Virus genome (UHGV): UHGV-0218015
DNA: 64,000 nucleotides
Source: a virus
Strand: one strand, 5' to 3'
The stretch's first letter is position 1. Every line of letters begins with the position of its first letter. Made by a program: the position numbers and the translations under genes. The notes below the pieces were generated by a model that made no database searches, had not been told where the DNA came from, and worked only from the letters and a program-made list of their open reading frames with translations. Below, one piece after another: positions 29,611-39,021 of the stretch.

Positions 29611-30171
29611 GTGGCCACATACGTACCTGATTTAAGTCTGTCCTCAGCCGAATTGGTGGTCGCTTTAATCAACCACGATAACGGTTCACGGTTGTCTCTA
29701 AGCGAAATTCGTATTAGCAACACTATGGCAAACCTGTCCCCGACTACGTCGCGTCGTAACACACTGACAGAGATTACAAAAATCAGGAAACCTGATGGTG
29801 CTTCTGTAGTTGTTTATTACGACCGCTTGGATGCGGACAAAGTGTTAGCGTCCGAACCTATTTTGATTTCGTTAGATGGTACCGAAGACAACCTTCGTGA
29901 CATTTTAGGTGTTGTAAATGAATTCTGCGGAACGAACTTACAACCCGAGGATTTACATGCTTCAGATATCACTTTAGGTAACGATCCTATTGCTGTCAAC
30001 GTTGCTGACGATTCTCCAGCGTGGGTGAATGCGTTTATGGTGACGTTATTTGATAAAACTGAACGGGCATTAGCAAACGAAGAAGATGCAATCTTCTGTA
30101 TTGGTGACGATGCTGTTCTTACATTTGAGGTTCCAGATGGAGACTCCGCTGAAGAAAACCCGGCTACATGA
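29611..30171 (+). CDS. RBP-module accessory protein (paralog of 36262..36774)
   Basis: Track start 29524 lies inside terminator 29550-29598; GTG at 29611 after GGAGG is consistent with the paralog N-terminus (TYVPDLSLSS vs KFTPDLSLTS). Confidence 0.45.
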   Translation: MATYVPDLSLSSAELVVALINHDNGSRLSLSEIRISNTMANLSPTTSRRNTLTEITKIRKPDGASVVVYYDRLDADKVLASEPILISLDGTEDNLRDILGVVNEFCGTNLQPEDLHASDITLGNDPIAVNVADDSPAWVNAFMVTLFDKTERALANEEDAIFCIGDDAVLTFEVPDGDSAEENPAT

Positions 30172-30376
30172 ACTTGACGGTTTTTCTGGTAATGGAGGCC
30201 AAAGCAAACGTTTATCAAGACTTAGTAAACCCAGATCATGAGAACGCGGAGTTGGGCATCACTTTCACGTTAGAAGATGATGGATTAAAACCAGTATAAT
30301 AATCCGCTTATAAAAATGTTGGGGGAGGTGTTTTACCTTCCCAGATCTTTTAGCTCCAGATAGAGAATTAAATATC

Positions 30377-33300
30377 ATGGCTAAAGCGGTAAAGAAAATA
30401 CGTTTACACGACTTACATCCGTACACCGGGGATATCGGTGAAGGCGTTTTACTTTTTTCGAAAGACGAAAAAGATTATAAGTTACCAGTCCGCGAGATCG
30501 TTGCGGACATTGACACCGTCAGAAGTGCGGTTGCTGATGCACAAACGGCTGCGGCCAAATCACAACAGTCCGCAACAGAAGCTACGAAAGCTAAAGATTT
30601 AGCAGAAACAGCGAAGCAACAGACCACCACTTTAGCTTCCACAGTTAATGAGCAAGCGGGAACCGTCGCCACTAAAACTGCGGAGGTTAACAAAAAACAC
30701 GCTGAAGTTTTAGCAGCGAAAACTGCCGTAGATACTGTTTCACAATCAGTAAATGAGAAGGCTCAAGCTGTCGCCGCAAGCGAACAATCTGTGACAGCTG
30801 TAGCGGCTGATGTAACTAAGAAAGCAGAAACGGTTACGCAACGGGCCGGACAGGTTCAACAGACCGCTACCAGTATCGCAAATACTGCGGCTTCAATTGA
30901 GGCCAGTAAGGGCGCGGTGGAGAAGGTTGCTGCGCAGGTTACGAAAGATAAAGAAAGCTCAGAAGGCGCAGCTACACGCTCGGAGTCAGCCGCTCTGCGT
31001 GCGGAGAAAATCGCTGCACAGGGTTTAGTTGACGCTAGTACGACCGGTAAAGGTATCGTTAAACTTAACAATACCCTGACTAGCGAATCCGTGACGGAGG
31101 CTGCCACACCGTCCACGGTTAAACAGCTGAACGACGAATTACAGTTAAAAGCCGATAAACATTCGCCGAATTTTACGGGTAACCCGACATCACCAACGCC
31201 TCCAAAGGACTCGAATGACACGAGCATCTCCACAACGGCCTGGGTGCGTGCTGCTATCGCGGAATTGGTTGGTTCTTCACCTGAGACGTTAGATACCTTA
31301 GCGGAATTAGCTACGGCGTTAGGTAATGACCCTAACTTCGCAACAACGATTACTGAGAAACTTGCACAGAAGCAACCTATCAGTCCACTACTTACTGCTA
31401 TTGCCGCAGTCACAACCGCAGCAAACAAGCTCCCTTATTTCACTGGCACTAATAAAGTCGGGTTAACTGACTTTACAGAAACCGCCAGAACCTTGTTAGC
31501 AAAAGGGACAACTGCGGATATCATCAATTTCTTGGGATTAAAAGCCACTGTAGATAAAGCGAACTCTGCGTTACAGAAAAACTCTAACGGTGCTGATATC
31601 CCCAATAAAGAAACCTTTGCTCGCAATATTGGTCTATCTCCTGATACCTATCTGCGTTTCCGTGGTGAAATGCCCGCAGATGCTGATATTAACACATTTG
31701 CTCCAGATGCCAATTACACAGGAACATGGTCCAAGTCGACATCAACAAACGCATCGATAGCAAAACACTTCCCGGAAGACGGTGCGGTAGGTTATCTAGA
31801 AGTGTATAAAGCGGGCAACTACAGTGGAGCGCAACGTTTTACCTGCCGTAATGGTAACGTGTACAACCGCATGTTGTCAGCCGCGTGGAACGGAACTAAT
31901 GGCCCGTGGTCACCGTGGAGAATGGTAACTACAGGTGTACGCCCGTTATCTACATCGATCGATCTGAACTCCTTAGGCGGCGCTGAGCACATGGGTAACT
32001 GGCGTAACTCGTCCAGTTCGTTAGCGGTGTTCGACAGACATTATCCTGAAGAGGGCGGTAATGCGCAAGGCGTATTAGAAGTCATGGAAGGCGGTCTTTA
32101 TGGACGTTTACAACGTTACACCACTCGTCGTGGTACGATGTATGTCCGTGGTTTGACTGCGACTTGGGATTCGTCTAATCCGCAGTGGGAAGATTGGATT
32201 CAGGTTGGGTATCAGGTAGACGGTGCCTACTATAAGGGTAGCTTTAACGACTTAACTAAACCGGGTCGCTTTAGTGTTACCGGCGAGGCTACAGACGGTC
32301 CGTTAACAGACTCTGCTGGCGCAACCTTGCTAGGCGTTTGCGAAGTTACCTTACGCTTAGACGGTTCAGGTGTTGAACAAAATTATACCACATACGGTAC
32401 AGGCGCAACTTCGAAAGGTCGCAAGTTCCAACGAATTCGTACAGGAAATGCCTGGAGCGAATGGCGAGAGATTTTCACATCCTATTCACTCCCGTTGGCT
32501 TTAGGGATCGGTGGGGTTGCTGCTAAGGTAGATCCGTTAGACTGGCAAACCTTCGACTTCGTTCCTGGCCAGATGATAAGTACACCATTGAATACCATGA
32601 AAAACATTCCTGCGGGAATGGATTGGGGTGTTATCGACGGTAACTTGGTTACTATTCTTGTAGGGGCGTCGGAGGACACCGGTACTGGCCGGAGTATGTT
32701 GGTCTGGCGTGGTACAGTGTCTACTGCTAACTATCGCTTCTTTGCTGTTCGCGTCGCTGGTGAAAAGGGTAAACGTACTATTACTAGCCGCCAGATGCCC
32801 GTATTGAATGCAGCGCATACGTGGGCAGAAAAACAGACCTTTGCAAAAGGGTTATCAGGTGAGTTAACAGGCAATGCTGCTACGGCAACGAAACTGAAAA
32901 CAGCCCGTTTAATCGGCGGTGTAAGTTTCGACGGTAGCGGAGACATTAGCCTCCCTGGTGTAAACCAACAGGGTAATCAAAACACCTCTGGGAACGCGGG
33001 AACCGCAACCAAATTACAAACGGCTCGAAACATCAACGGTGTGAAATTTGATGGGTCTAGAGACATCAATATCAACACGTTGGTAGGACGTGGACGTGTT
33101 ACTGCACTGACTGGATCAAACAAAGGTACACCCGGTATTCAGATGTACGAAGTTTACAATAACGGTTATCCAACCGCTTATGGTAACTTACTGCATTTGG
33201 GCGGTTCTGCTGCGCTAGGCGAAGGGGAACTGTTAATCGGATGGTCGGGGACGAGCGGTGCGCACGCACCCGTTTATATTCGTAGTCGACGTGATACTGC

Positions 33301-34816
33301 TGATGCGCCGTGGTCAGATTGGGCACAAGTTTATACTGCCCGTGATAGCATTCCTGGTGTAAATGCCACAGGTAATCAGGATACTACCGGCAACGCCGCT
33401 ACCGCGACGAAACTGAAAACCGCTCGCAGGATCGGAGGCGTTAGCTTTGACGGTACAGGTGATATCAATTTACCGGGCGTTAACCAGCAAGGCAACCAGA
33501 ATACGACAGGTAATGCAGCGACCGCTACTAAGTTACAAACCGCACGTAAGATCGGCGGTGTGGTGTTCGATGGGACAAAAGACGTTAATCTTCCTGGTGT
33601 AAACCAAACCGGTAACCAATCGACTACGGGGAATGCGGCGACAGCGACTAAGCTACAGACTGCTCGAAATATAGGTGGCGTAGCTTTTGATGGTACTAAA
33701 GACATCAGTTTACCTGGAGTAAACCAAACAGGGAATCAGTCGACCACCGGAAACGCAGCCACGGCAACAAAGTTGCAAACCGCAAGAACCATCAATGGTA
33801 TTGCGTTTGATGGCACTAGAAATATATCGTTAGGGCCAGCCGAAATAGGTTGTCCGGCATCACCTAGTGGTTGGTTAGAAACTGGCGCTAATGGCGGTGC
33901 AATAACTACAGCACAGCTAGTGACGTTATTGAAAAATAACGGCGCATTTACCACAAGATCGTGGGTTGCTCGCTGTGCGTGGGCTTATGCCGCCAGTGCG
34001 TCCATACCTCACAGCGAGACGGGTTGTGGTGTCATTCCGTTAGCTGGGGCCGTTATAGAAGTCATTAGTAACGGCAACAGCACAAACAACTACACGATCC
34101 GTATAACGACCGCCACAACGACGAGCGTCGGCGGAGCACTCACTAATGCGGAGTTTATCTACGTATTTAACGGCGATGGATACTCACCAGGCTGGCGTCG
34201 TGCTTACAATACGAGAAACAAGCCAACTGCTGCGGAAGTGGGCGCGTTACCGTCAGGGGGCGGTACTGTAGGCGGTGATTTAACCGTTAATGGTAAATTG
34301 GCCACTAAATACCCTGATTTTCGAATCGCTTACGGTACCTACGGTTTTATTTTACGTAACGACGGTGCCAATACCTATTTCTTAGTAACCGACGCCGGAC
34401 AAGCCGCAGCGGGTTCCTGGAACGGATTACGCCCGTTGTCTTTTAATAATTCTAACGGCCAAGTAAACTTTGGACATAACGTTACTGGCAACGGTAACGG
34501 TTCGTTTAACGACGTACAGATTCGTTCTGACCGTCGTAACAAACGTAATCTGGTGAAGCTGGATAAAGCTTTGGATCGGTTAGAGTTACTAACCGGTTAT
34601 TTGTACGAAATTCAGCATCCTGATGACGGTTGGCAGACTTCTGTAGGTCTAATTGCTCAGGACGCATTAGAAGCGTTACCTGAACTTGTGTCAGAGGACG
34701 ACGATGCCATTTCAGGCGAAAAACGTTTACGTCTAAATTACAATGGCGTTATTGCGCTGTTAGTAGAGGGTATGAAGTCTCTTCGCCGAGAGCTTAAAGA
34801 ACTCAAGGGGAATTAA
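30377..34816 (+). CDS. tail fibre protein with C-terminal S74-type intramolecular chaperone
   Basis: 1479 aa; Ala-rich N-terminal region, TLDTLAELATALGNDPNF tail-fibre motif, six ~40-aa repeats (GNAATATKLQTAR..GGV.FDG), C-terminal SDRRNKRNLVKLDKALDRL...YNGVIALLVEGMKSL matching the autoproteolytic chaperone. Confidence 0.8.
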   Translation: MAKAVKKIRLHDLHPYTGDIGEGVLLFSKDEKDYKLPVREIVADIDTVRSAVADAQTAAAKSQQSATEATKAKDLAETAKQQTTTLASTVNEQAGTVATKTAEVNKKHAEVLAAKTAVDTVSQSVNEKAQAVAASEQSVTAVAADVTKKAETVTQRAGQVQQTATSIANTAASIEASKGAVEKVAAQVTKDKESSEGAATRSESAALRAEKIAAQGLVDASTTGKGIVKLNNTLTSESVTEAATPSTVKQLNDELQLKADKHSPNFTGNPTSPTPPKDSNDTSISTTAWVRAAIAELVGSSPETLDTLAELATALGNDPNFATTITEKLAQKQPISPLLTAIAAVTTAANKLPYFTGTNKVGLTDFTETARTLLAKGTTADIINFLGLKATVDKANSALQKNSNGADIPNKETFARNIGLSPDTYLRFRGEMPADADINTFAPDANYTGTWSKSTSTNASIAKHFPEDGAVGYLEVYKAGNYSGAQRFTCRNGNVYNRMLSAAWNGTNGPWSPWRMVTTGVRPLSTSIDLNSLGGAEHMGNWRNSSSSLAVFDRHYPEEGGNAQGVLEVMEGGLYGRLQRYTTRRGTMYVRGLTATWDSSNPQWEDWIQVGYQVDGAYYKGSFNDLTKPGRFSVTGEATDGPLTDSAGATLLGVCEVTLRLDGSGVEQNYTTYGTGATSKGRKFQRIRTGNAWSEWREIFTSYSLPLALGIGGVAAKVDPLDWQTFDFVPGQMISTPLNTMKNIPAGMDWGVIDGNLVTILVGASEDTGTGRSMLVWRGTVSTANYRFFAVRVAGEKGKRTITSRQMPVLNAAHTWAEKQTFAKGLSGELTGNAATATKLKTARLIGGVSFDGSGDISLPGVNQQGNQNTSGNAGTATKLQTARNINGVKFDGSRDININTLVGRGRVTALTGSNKGTPGIQMYEVYNNGYPTAYGNLLHLGGSAALGEGELLIGWSGTSGAHAPVYIRSRRDTADAPWSDWAQVYTARDSIPGVNATGNQDTTGNAATATKLKTARRIGGVSFDGTGDINLPGVNQQGNQNTTGNAATATKLQTARKIGGVVFDGTKDVNLPGVNQTGNQSTTGNAATATKLQTARNIGGVAFDGTKDISLPGVNQTGNQSTTGNAATATKLQTARTINGIAFDGTRNISLGPAEIGCPASPSGWLETGANGGAITTAQLVTLLKNNGAFTTRSWVARCAWAYAASASIPHSETGCGVIPLAGAVIEVISNGNSTNNYTIRITTATTTSVGGALTNAEFIYVFNGDGYSPGWRRAYNTRNKPTAAEVGALPSGGGTVGGDLTVNGKLATKYPDFRIAYGTYGFILRNDGANTYFLVTDAGQAAAGSWNGLRPLSFNNSNGQVNFGHNVTGNGNGSFNDVQIRSDRRNKRNLVKLDKALDRLELLTGYLYEIQHPDDGWQTSVGLIAQDALEALPELVSEDDDAISGEKRLRLNYNGVIALLVEGMKSLRRELKELKGN
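32833..33072 (+). repeat. in-frame 120-bp coding repeats, copies 1-2 (tail fibre)
   Basis: Units begin cctggtgtaaacc; encode GNAATATKL.TAR..GGV.FDG. Confidence 0.6.
33353..33832 (+). repeat. four tandem 120-bp coding repeats (tail fibre)
   Basis: Unit starts at 33353, 33473, 33593, 33713; protein-level conservation with synonymous divergence. Confidence 0.7.
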
Positions 34817-34821
34817 AGATA

Positions 34822-34848
34822 GGGGGAGTAATCCCCCTAATTTAGTTT
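34822..34848 (+). terminator. terminator candidate after tail fibre gene
   Basis: aggggg-agtaat-ccccct then aatttagttt. Confidence 0.4.
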
Positions 34849-34857
34849 GGAGGATTT

Positions 34858-35403
34858 ATGGGGGTAGCATCCGGCTGGGTTGGAAGCTCAGCAAAGGCAG
34901 TAACCGGTCAGGAGTGGATGAGTGTGGCAGGTAATAAGCTTAAACTGAGCACGCCATTTAACATGTCGCAGATGGTCGGGCGTAGCGTAGAGGATCTTAA
35001 ACTCGTTGTAGGCCGATCAACCTATGTTGTTTTGGTGCAGGCTACGAACACGCAGTGGGTTCCTATTACAAATACGTATGGGGGGTATTCGAACAACTCT
35101 ACAACAACGGGTGCTGGTTCTACAGTATCGAATCGTGTGCAAACACAAAATGCGGCCGGTTCGGTGTCAGGTTCGATCTTGGGTTGTAGCGTCACACATC
35201 TTAGCCAAGTACAAAATACTGGTATTATCTACATGGCCCTAACCAATGGACCAAATCAGAATATTACGCTTTCGTTTAACGGAACGAAGATTACTTTTCT
35301 ACCGTACTCCTACAGTAACGGCGTCCGGCGCTATGAGGCTAAGACGGCAACCAACTGGTTATTTAATCAGAACGGTGCAACAATTTCAATAAGTGTAGTC
35401 TAA
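34858..35403 (+). CDS. tail-fibre-associated protein (paralog of 35657..36163)
   Basis: N-terminus MGVASGWVGSSAKAVTGQEWMS matches the paralog; sits immediately after the fibre gene. Confidence 0.45.
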   Translation: MGVASGWVGSSAKAVTGQEWMSVAGNKLKLSTPFNMSQMVGRSVEDLKLVVGRSTYVVLVQATNTQWVPITNTYGGYSNNSTTTGAGSTVSNRVQTQNAAGSVSGSILGCSVTHLSQVQNTGIIYMALTNGPNQNITLSFNGTKITFLPYSYSNGVRRYEAKTATNWLFNQNGATISISVV

Positions 35404-35413
35404 GGACAGAAAG

Positions 35414-35644
35414 ATGTTAAGAAAAGTTTTACTGGGTTTCGCATTGCTTACAGTAAGTGGATGTCAACAACTACCCGAACCTGTATGTTACGGCACAGCT
35501 AAGCTGGGTAATGAAGAGACTACGATCAATATTTTCGACGTAAAAAAGCAGGGCAGATACACACTTTATAAAGCTGATCATCATTATAATTGGCGTTGGG
35601 TTGGGCGTGGTGCTTTCGATTCAATAACATGTAGAAAATCTTAA
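35414..35644 (+). CDS. small lipoprotein
   Basis: Signal peptide with lipobox LTVSGC; 76 aa. Confidence 0.5.
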   Translation: MLRKVLLGFALLTVSGCQQLPEPVCYGTAKLGNEETTINIFDVKKQGRYTLYKADHHYNWRWVGRGAFDSITCRKS

Positions 35645-35656
35645 CAGGAGATCGCG

Positions 35657-36163
35657 ATGGGGGGGGTAACCGGTTCGTGGGTCGGTTCTTCGGCCAAGAA
35701 CGAAACGGGCGAACAATGGATGAGCGCTGCTGGTAGTAAATTAGGATTGGGTAGACCTTTTATGATGAGTCAAATGGTGGGACGATCTATGGGCTGTAAA
35801 ATTGCAACCGCTGCATATAGCGATTCTTTAGGTAAGAAATGGGGCGCAGTAGGACCAAGCTGGCCGTTAAACCAGAAAAATCAGGGAACCATTCAAAACG
35901 CGGGTAACTGCGGGGTGGGAACTTTAGTAGGTATTGAGTTACAGTTAACGACGATAGTTGCCAACGCAAAGCCTACTTTAGCGGTTTACTTACAAGGAGG
36001 CAGAGCCTCTAACATTACCGTAAATTTAGGTGGTAACACCTGCGCGCTGGCCTATCAGCAGGTTATTAACGGACAGCATTATTACTGGACTAATAACATC
36101 AGCGCTGCGTTCCAAAACGTGATGAAATCGACAGGCGCACTGCGTGATTTGAGAATTAGCTAA
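35657..36163 (+). CDS. tail-fibre-associated protein (paralog), G8 tract at codons 1-4
   Basis: ATG GGG GGG GTA start; N-terminus matches 34858 gene. Confidence 0.45.
   Translation: MGGVTGSWVGSSAKNETGEQWMSAAGSKLGLGRPFMMSQMVGRSMGCKIATAAYSDSLGKKWGAVGPSWPLNQKNQGTIQNAGNCGVGTLVGIELQLTTIVANAKPTLAVYLQGGRASNITVNLGGNTCALAYQQVINGQHYYWTNNISAAFQNVMKSTGALRDLRIS
35659..35666 (+). repeat. G8 homopolymer at codons 1-4 of the 35657 gene
   Basis: atgggggggggta; the paralog at 34858 has only G5 here. Confidence 0.7.
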
Positions 36164-36197
36164 TTATTTTCAACTGAAAGCGGTTGAAAATAATCGT

Positions 36198-36207
36198 GGG
36201 GGGGGGG
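36198..36207 (+). repeat. G10 homopolymer in 5' region of the 36262 gene
   Basis: Preceded by AT-rich hairpin ttttcaac...gttgaaaa (36167-36190). Confidence 0.7.
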
Positions 36208-36261
36208 TGAATGTTTTTTAGTCAATATTTTATGACCCCCAACCGTAGGAGGTAAACATAC

Positions 36262-36774
36262 GTGGAAAAATTCACACCAGATTTATCACTAACTTCACTT
36301 AACATGGTTATTTCACTGGTTAACCATGACCTCCAACTTGACTTGCAAGAGAACGAGGTTGAAGTCAGTGACGTAAAAACCAGTGATGAAATGGATCGTG
36401 ACTCCACTGCCATTGTAAAGATTAAACGTCCTGGAAACAGAACGTTGCAAATCTACTACAACCGTTTAACCGCAGAGCGGTGGTTAAACCAACAACCTAT
36501 TCTGGTAAAAGTAAGAGGTGAAGGGTTTAATGCACACGATCTTATCGAATCCGTCAATGCCGTTTGTGGTGCTAACTTACAAACCGACGATTTAACCGAC
36601 CAGTCGTTCACGGTAGGTAAAGACGCGGTAACGCTTAGCATCGCTCCGAATTCCATCGCTTATAAAGGACAGTTCTCCGTGGTGGTTTTCGGCCCAGATG
36701 AAACACCGTGTGGCATCGGTGATGATTCTGTCGTGTTGACGTTTGACAATAAAATCTTAACTTTTGGAGAGTAG
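36262..36774 (+). CDS. RBP-module accessory protein (paralog of 29611..30171)
   Basis: GTG start after AGGAGG; sits directly upstream of the second RBP gene. Confidence 0.45.
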   Translation: MEKFTPDLSLTSLNMVISLVNHDLQLDLQENEVEVSDVKTSDEMDRDSTAIVKIKRPGNRTLQIYYNRLTAERWLNQQPILVKVRGEGFNAHDLIESVNAVCGANLQTDDLTDQSFTVGKDAVTLSIAPNSIAYKGQFSVVVFGPDETPCGIGDDSVVLTFDNKILTFGE

Positions 36775-36777
36775 TAG

Positions 36778-38898
36778 ATGAGTCAGCCAATTGGAAAGAA
36801 ACGTATCCATGAACTCGACAATTTCTCTGGCGATCTCAAAGGTGCGTTAGTTCTTCTTTCTAAGGAAGAAAAAGAATATAAAATTGATATTGCAAAACTT
36901 CAGGGCACGACGGAGCCGGAGTATTACTTCGTGATTCCTATAGCCGGGCAATCTAATGCGATGAGTTATGGTGAAGGGTTGCCTCTACCGGCGACGTTGG
37001 ACGCTCCCGATCCGCGAATTAAACAGATGGCGCGCCGTGCGAAGGTAACGCCTAATGGGGCTGATTGTAAATATAACGACGTCATTCCAGCGGATCACTG
37101 TCTGCACGACGTGCAAGATATGTCCAAATACTCGCATCCCAATGCCAATTTGAGCAAAGGTGAATACGGATGTGTGGGTCAAGGTCTACATATCGCGAAG
37201 CGTCTTCTCCCGTATATTCCTAAGAACGCCGGTATCTTACTAGTACCCTGCGCACGCGGCGGTTCTGCTTTCACGGGTGGTGCAGAAGGTACCTTCGATG
37301 AAGCCACAGGAGCCACTGAGTCGTCAATGCTATGGGGGGTGGAGAAACCGCTTTATAAAGATTTAGTTAGCCGGACCAAAAAAGCTCTAGAAGTTAATCC
37401 TAAAAATAAACTCTTGGCTGTAGTGTGGATGCAGGGAGAGTATGATCTGACTAAAGTACAATACGCACAACAACCAGCGTTATTTAACGCAATGGTAGAG
37501 CGTTTCCGAACTGATCTCTCTGACCATCTCTCTCAGATGCCCGAGTACGACACCGCCGAAGTACCATGGATCTGCGGGGACACTACCTATTATTGGAAGG
37601 AAAAATATCCTGCCCAATATGAAACCGTATACGGTAATTATCGTAACAATGAACAAAAAAATATCTTTTTTGTTCCATTCATGTACGACGATAATGGCCA
37701 ACGTGTACCGACTAATGATCCCACTGACGATCCTGATATCACTGGTGCGGCCTATTACGGTGCTGCCTCCCGTACTGTTAAAAACTGGACGTCTGAAACA
37801 AGGAATAGCCATTTCAGTTCTTGGGCACGACGCGGTATTATCTCAGAGAGAATAGCTGCCGAGATATTATCAAGAACAGCGATTGGTGCAATGTTCCTGA
37901 CGAAGAACGACACTAAGAGCTCCAAAGACAATAAGAATGTGGTAAGAAGCTATACCCCATTAGTAGAGTCTGTGGGTTATAACGGACGTCGTGGGGATGG
38001 TTCCCTGAAAGGGCAAGGTTGGAACAATATCGTTGATTGTAACGTAACCGTGCAAGATTCTGAGGATGGAAACGGGCATTTCGTCGAATTAAGAAAGGCT
38101 GTAAAGATGAAACCTTGGAATGTAACTAAGTCAATGACATCTGCTGCGGACATGATACGTTACGGTGGACGTCTGACCGTTACTTTTAGACTAAAAGGTG
38201 ATTTAGCAGCAGATCGTTTCGGATTAGGACTTTATTGGCGTATTTCCGCGTCCGACCTACCTTCTGGTACTACATTTGCTGACGCTGGTGTGGCTGAGAC
38301 GAACCCGTACCTAATGTCTTTTTTCTTACAGACCGACGCTACGAATCTTAATCTGATGCATCATAAAAAGCAAAATGCGAAATTAGGAACTTTTGGTGCG
38401 TACGATAATAACTGGCATACGCTTGAAATCATTTATCCTGGTGCCAATAAAACCACAGTCACACCTGTGCTGGACGGTACGAATGGTACTCCATTTGATC
38501 TGGCGAACAGTCCAGCTAAGACCGATTTGAACGAATTGGTTCTGACGGATATTACGAAAGTTACTGCCTATGATATCGATATTTCTAAGTTTGAGATCTC
38601 GGTCAATCGTGATTCTGGTAGCATAGTGTTATCTGAGGAAGATGTGTCGTCTTATGTGTATTTCCCACCCACCAACCGTGGCGGCCAACTTACTATTCCT
38701 GATCTAGAATATAGTGTGGGCAGAAATATTCAGATCGTGGCAAATAAGGCTGGTAAGATCACCGTTAAACCGGAAAATTCAAACGTTCTCATCACTCCAA
38801 AGAGTGGGACAGAAGGTCTTGCCAAACCCATTGATACCAATGAAAGTATTACGCTAATGCAGATTGGTTCCGATGGTAAAAGCTGGGTAGTTATTTAA
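36778..38898 (+). CDS. tailspike/RBP with SGNH (SASA-type) esterase domain
   Basis: N-terminal ~35 aa shared with the fibre at 30377; then IPIAGQSNAMSYGEG resembling the GQSN block of sialate O-acetylesterase/SGNH hydrolases. Confidence 0.55.
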   Translation: MSQPIGKKRIHELDNFSGDLKGALVLLSKEEKEYKIDIAKLQGTTEPEYYFVIPIAGQSNAMSYGEGLPLPATLDAPDPRIKQMARRAKVTPNGADCKYNDVIPADHCLHDVQDMSKYSHPNANLSKGEYGCVGQGLHIAKRLLPYIPKNAGILLVPCARGGSAFTGGAEGTFDEATGATESSMLWGVEKPLYKDLVSRTKKALEVNPKNKLLAVVWMQGEYDLTKVQYAQQPALFNAMVERFRTDLSDHLSQMPEYDTAEVPWICGDTTYYWKEKYPAQYETVYGNYRNNEQKNIFFVPFMYDDNGQRVPTNDPTDDPDITGAAYYGAASRTVKNWTSETRNSHFSSWARRGIISERIAAEILSRTAIGAMFLTKNDTKSSKDNKNVVRSYTPLVESVGYNGRRGDGSLKGQGWNNIVDCNVTVQDSEDGNGHFVELRKAVKMKPWNVTKSMTSAADMIRYGGRLTVTFRLKGDLAADRFGLGLYWRISASDLPSGTTFADAGVAETNPYLMSFFLQTDATNLNLMHHKKQNAKLGTFGAYDNNWHTLEIIYPGANKTTVTPVLDGTNGTPFDLANSPAKTDLNELVLTDITKVTAYDIDISKFEISVNRDSGSIVLSEEDVSSYVYFPPTNRGGQLTIPDLEYSVGRNIQIVANKAGKITVKPENSNVLITPKSGTEGLAKPIDTNESITLMQIGSDGKSWVVI

Positions 38899-38904
38899 TT
38901 TAAA

Positions 38905-38945
38905 CCGTAGGATGGACTTAGTCCATCCTACGGTTTTTATATTTT
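38905..38945 (+). terminator. rho-independent terminator after tailspike gene
   Basis: 13-bp stem ccgtaggatggac / gtccatcctacgg then T-run. Confidence 0.8.
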
Positions 38946-38995
38946 TTCTCAGATATATATTACCTAGGAGAGAGTGAAATTTACGTTCACTCCAT
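38943..38995 (+). promoter_or_regulatory. conserved promoter-like cassette, copy 2
   Basis: ttttctcagatatatattacctaggagagagt plus inverted repeat gagtgaa/ttcactc. Confidence 0.45.
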
Positions 38996-39021
38996 TAGTT
39001 ATAGCCGAAAAGGAGGATTAG

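Noticed and set aside
30856-31428. Minus-strand ORFs inside the tail fibre gene (also 33376..33705 and others)
   Set aside because: They lie in repeat-rich regions of a confidently called + strand gene; low-complexity antisense frames.
32833-33832. Regular 120-bp repeats as a possible CRISPR array
   Set aside because: Repeats are in-frame inside a long ORF, the units are not identical, and there are no unique spacers of a different character; they encode protein repeats.
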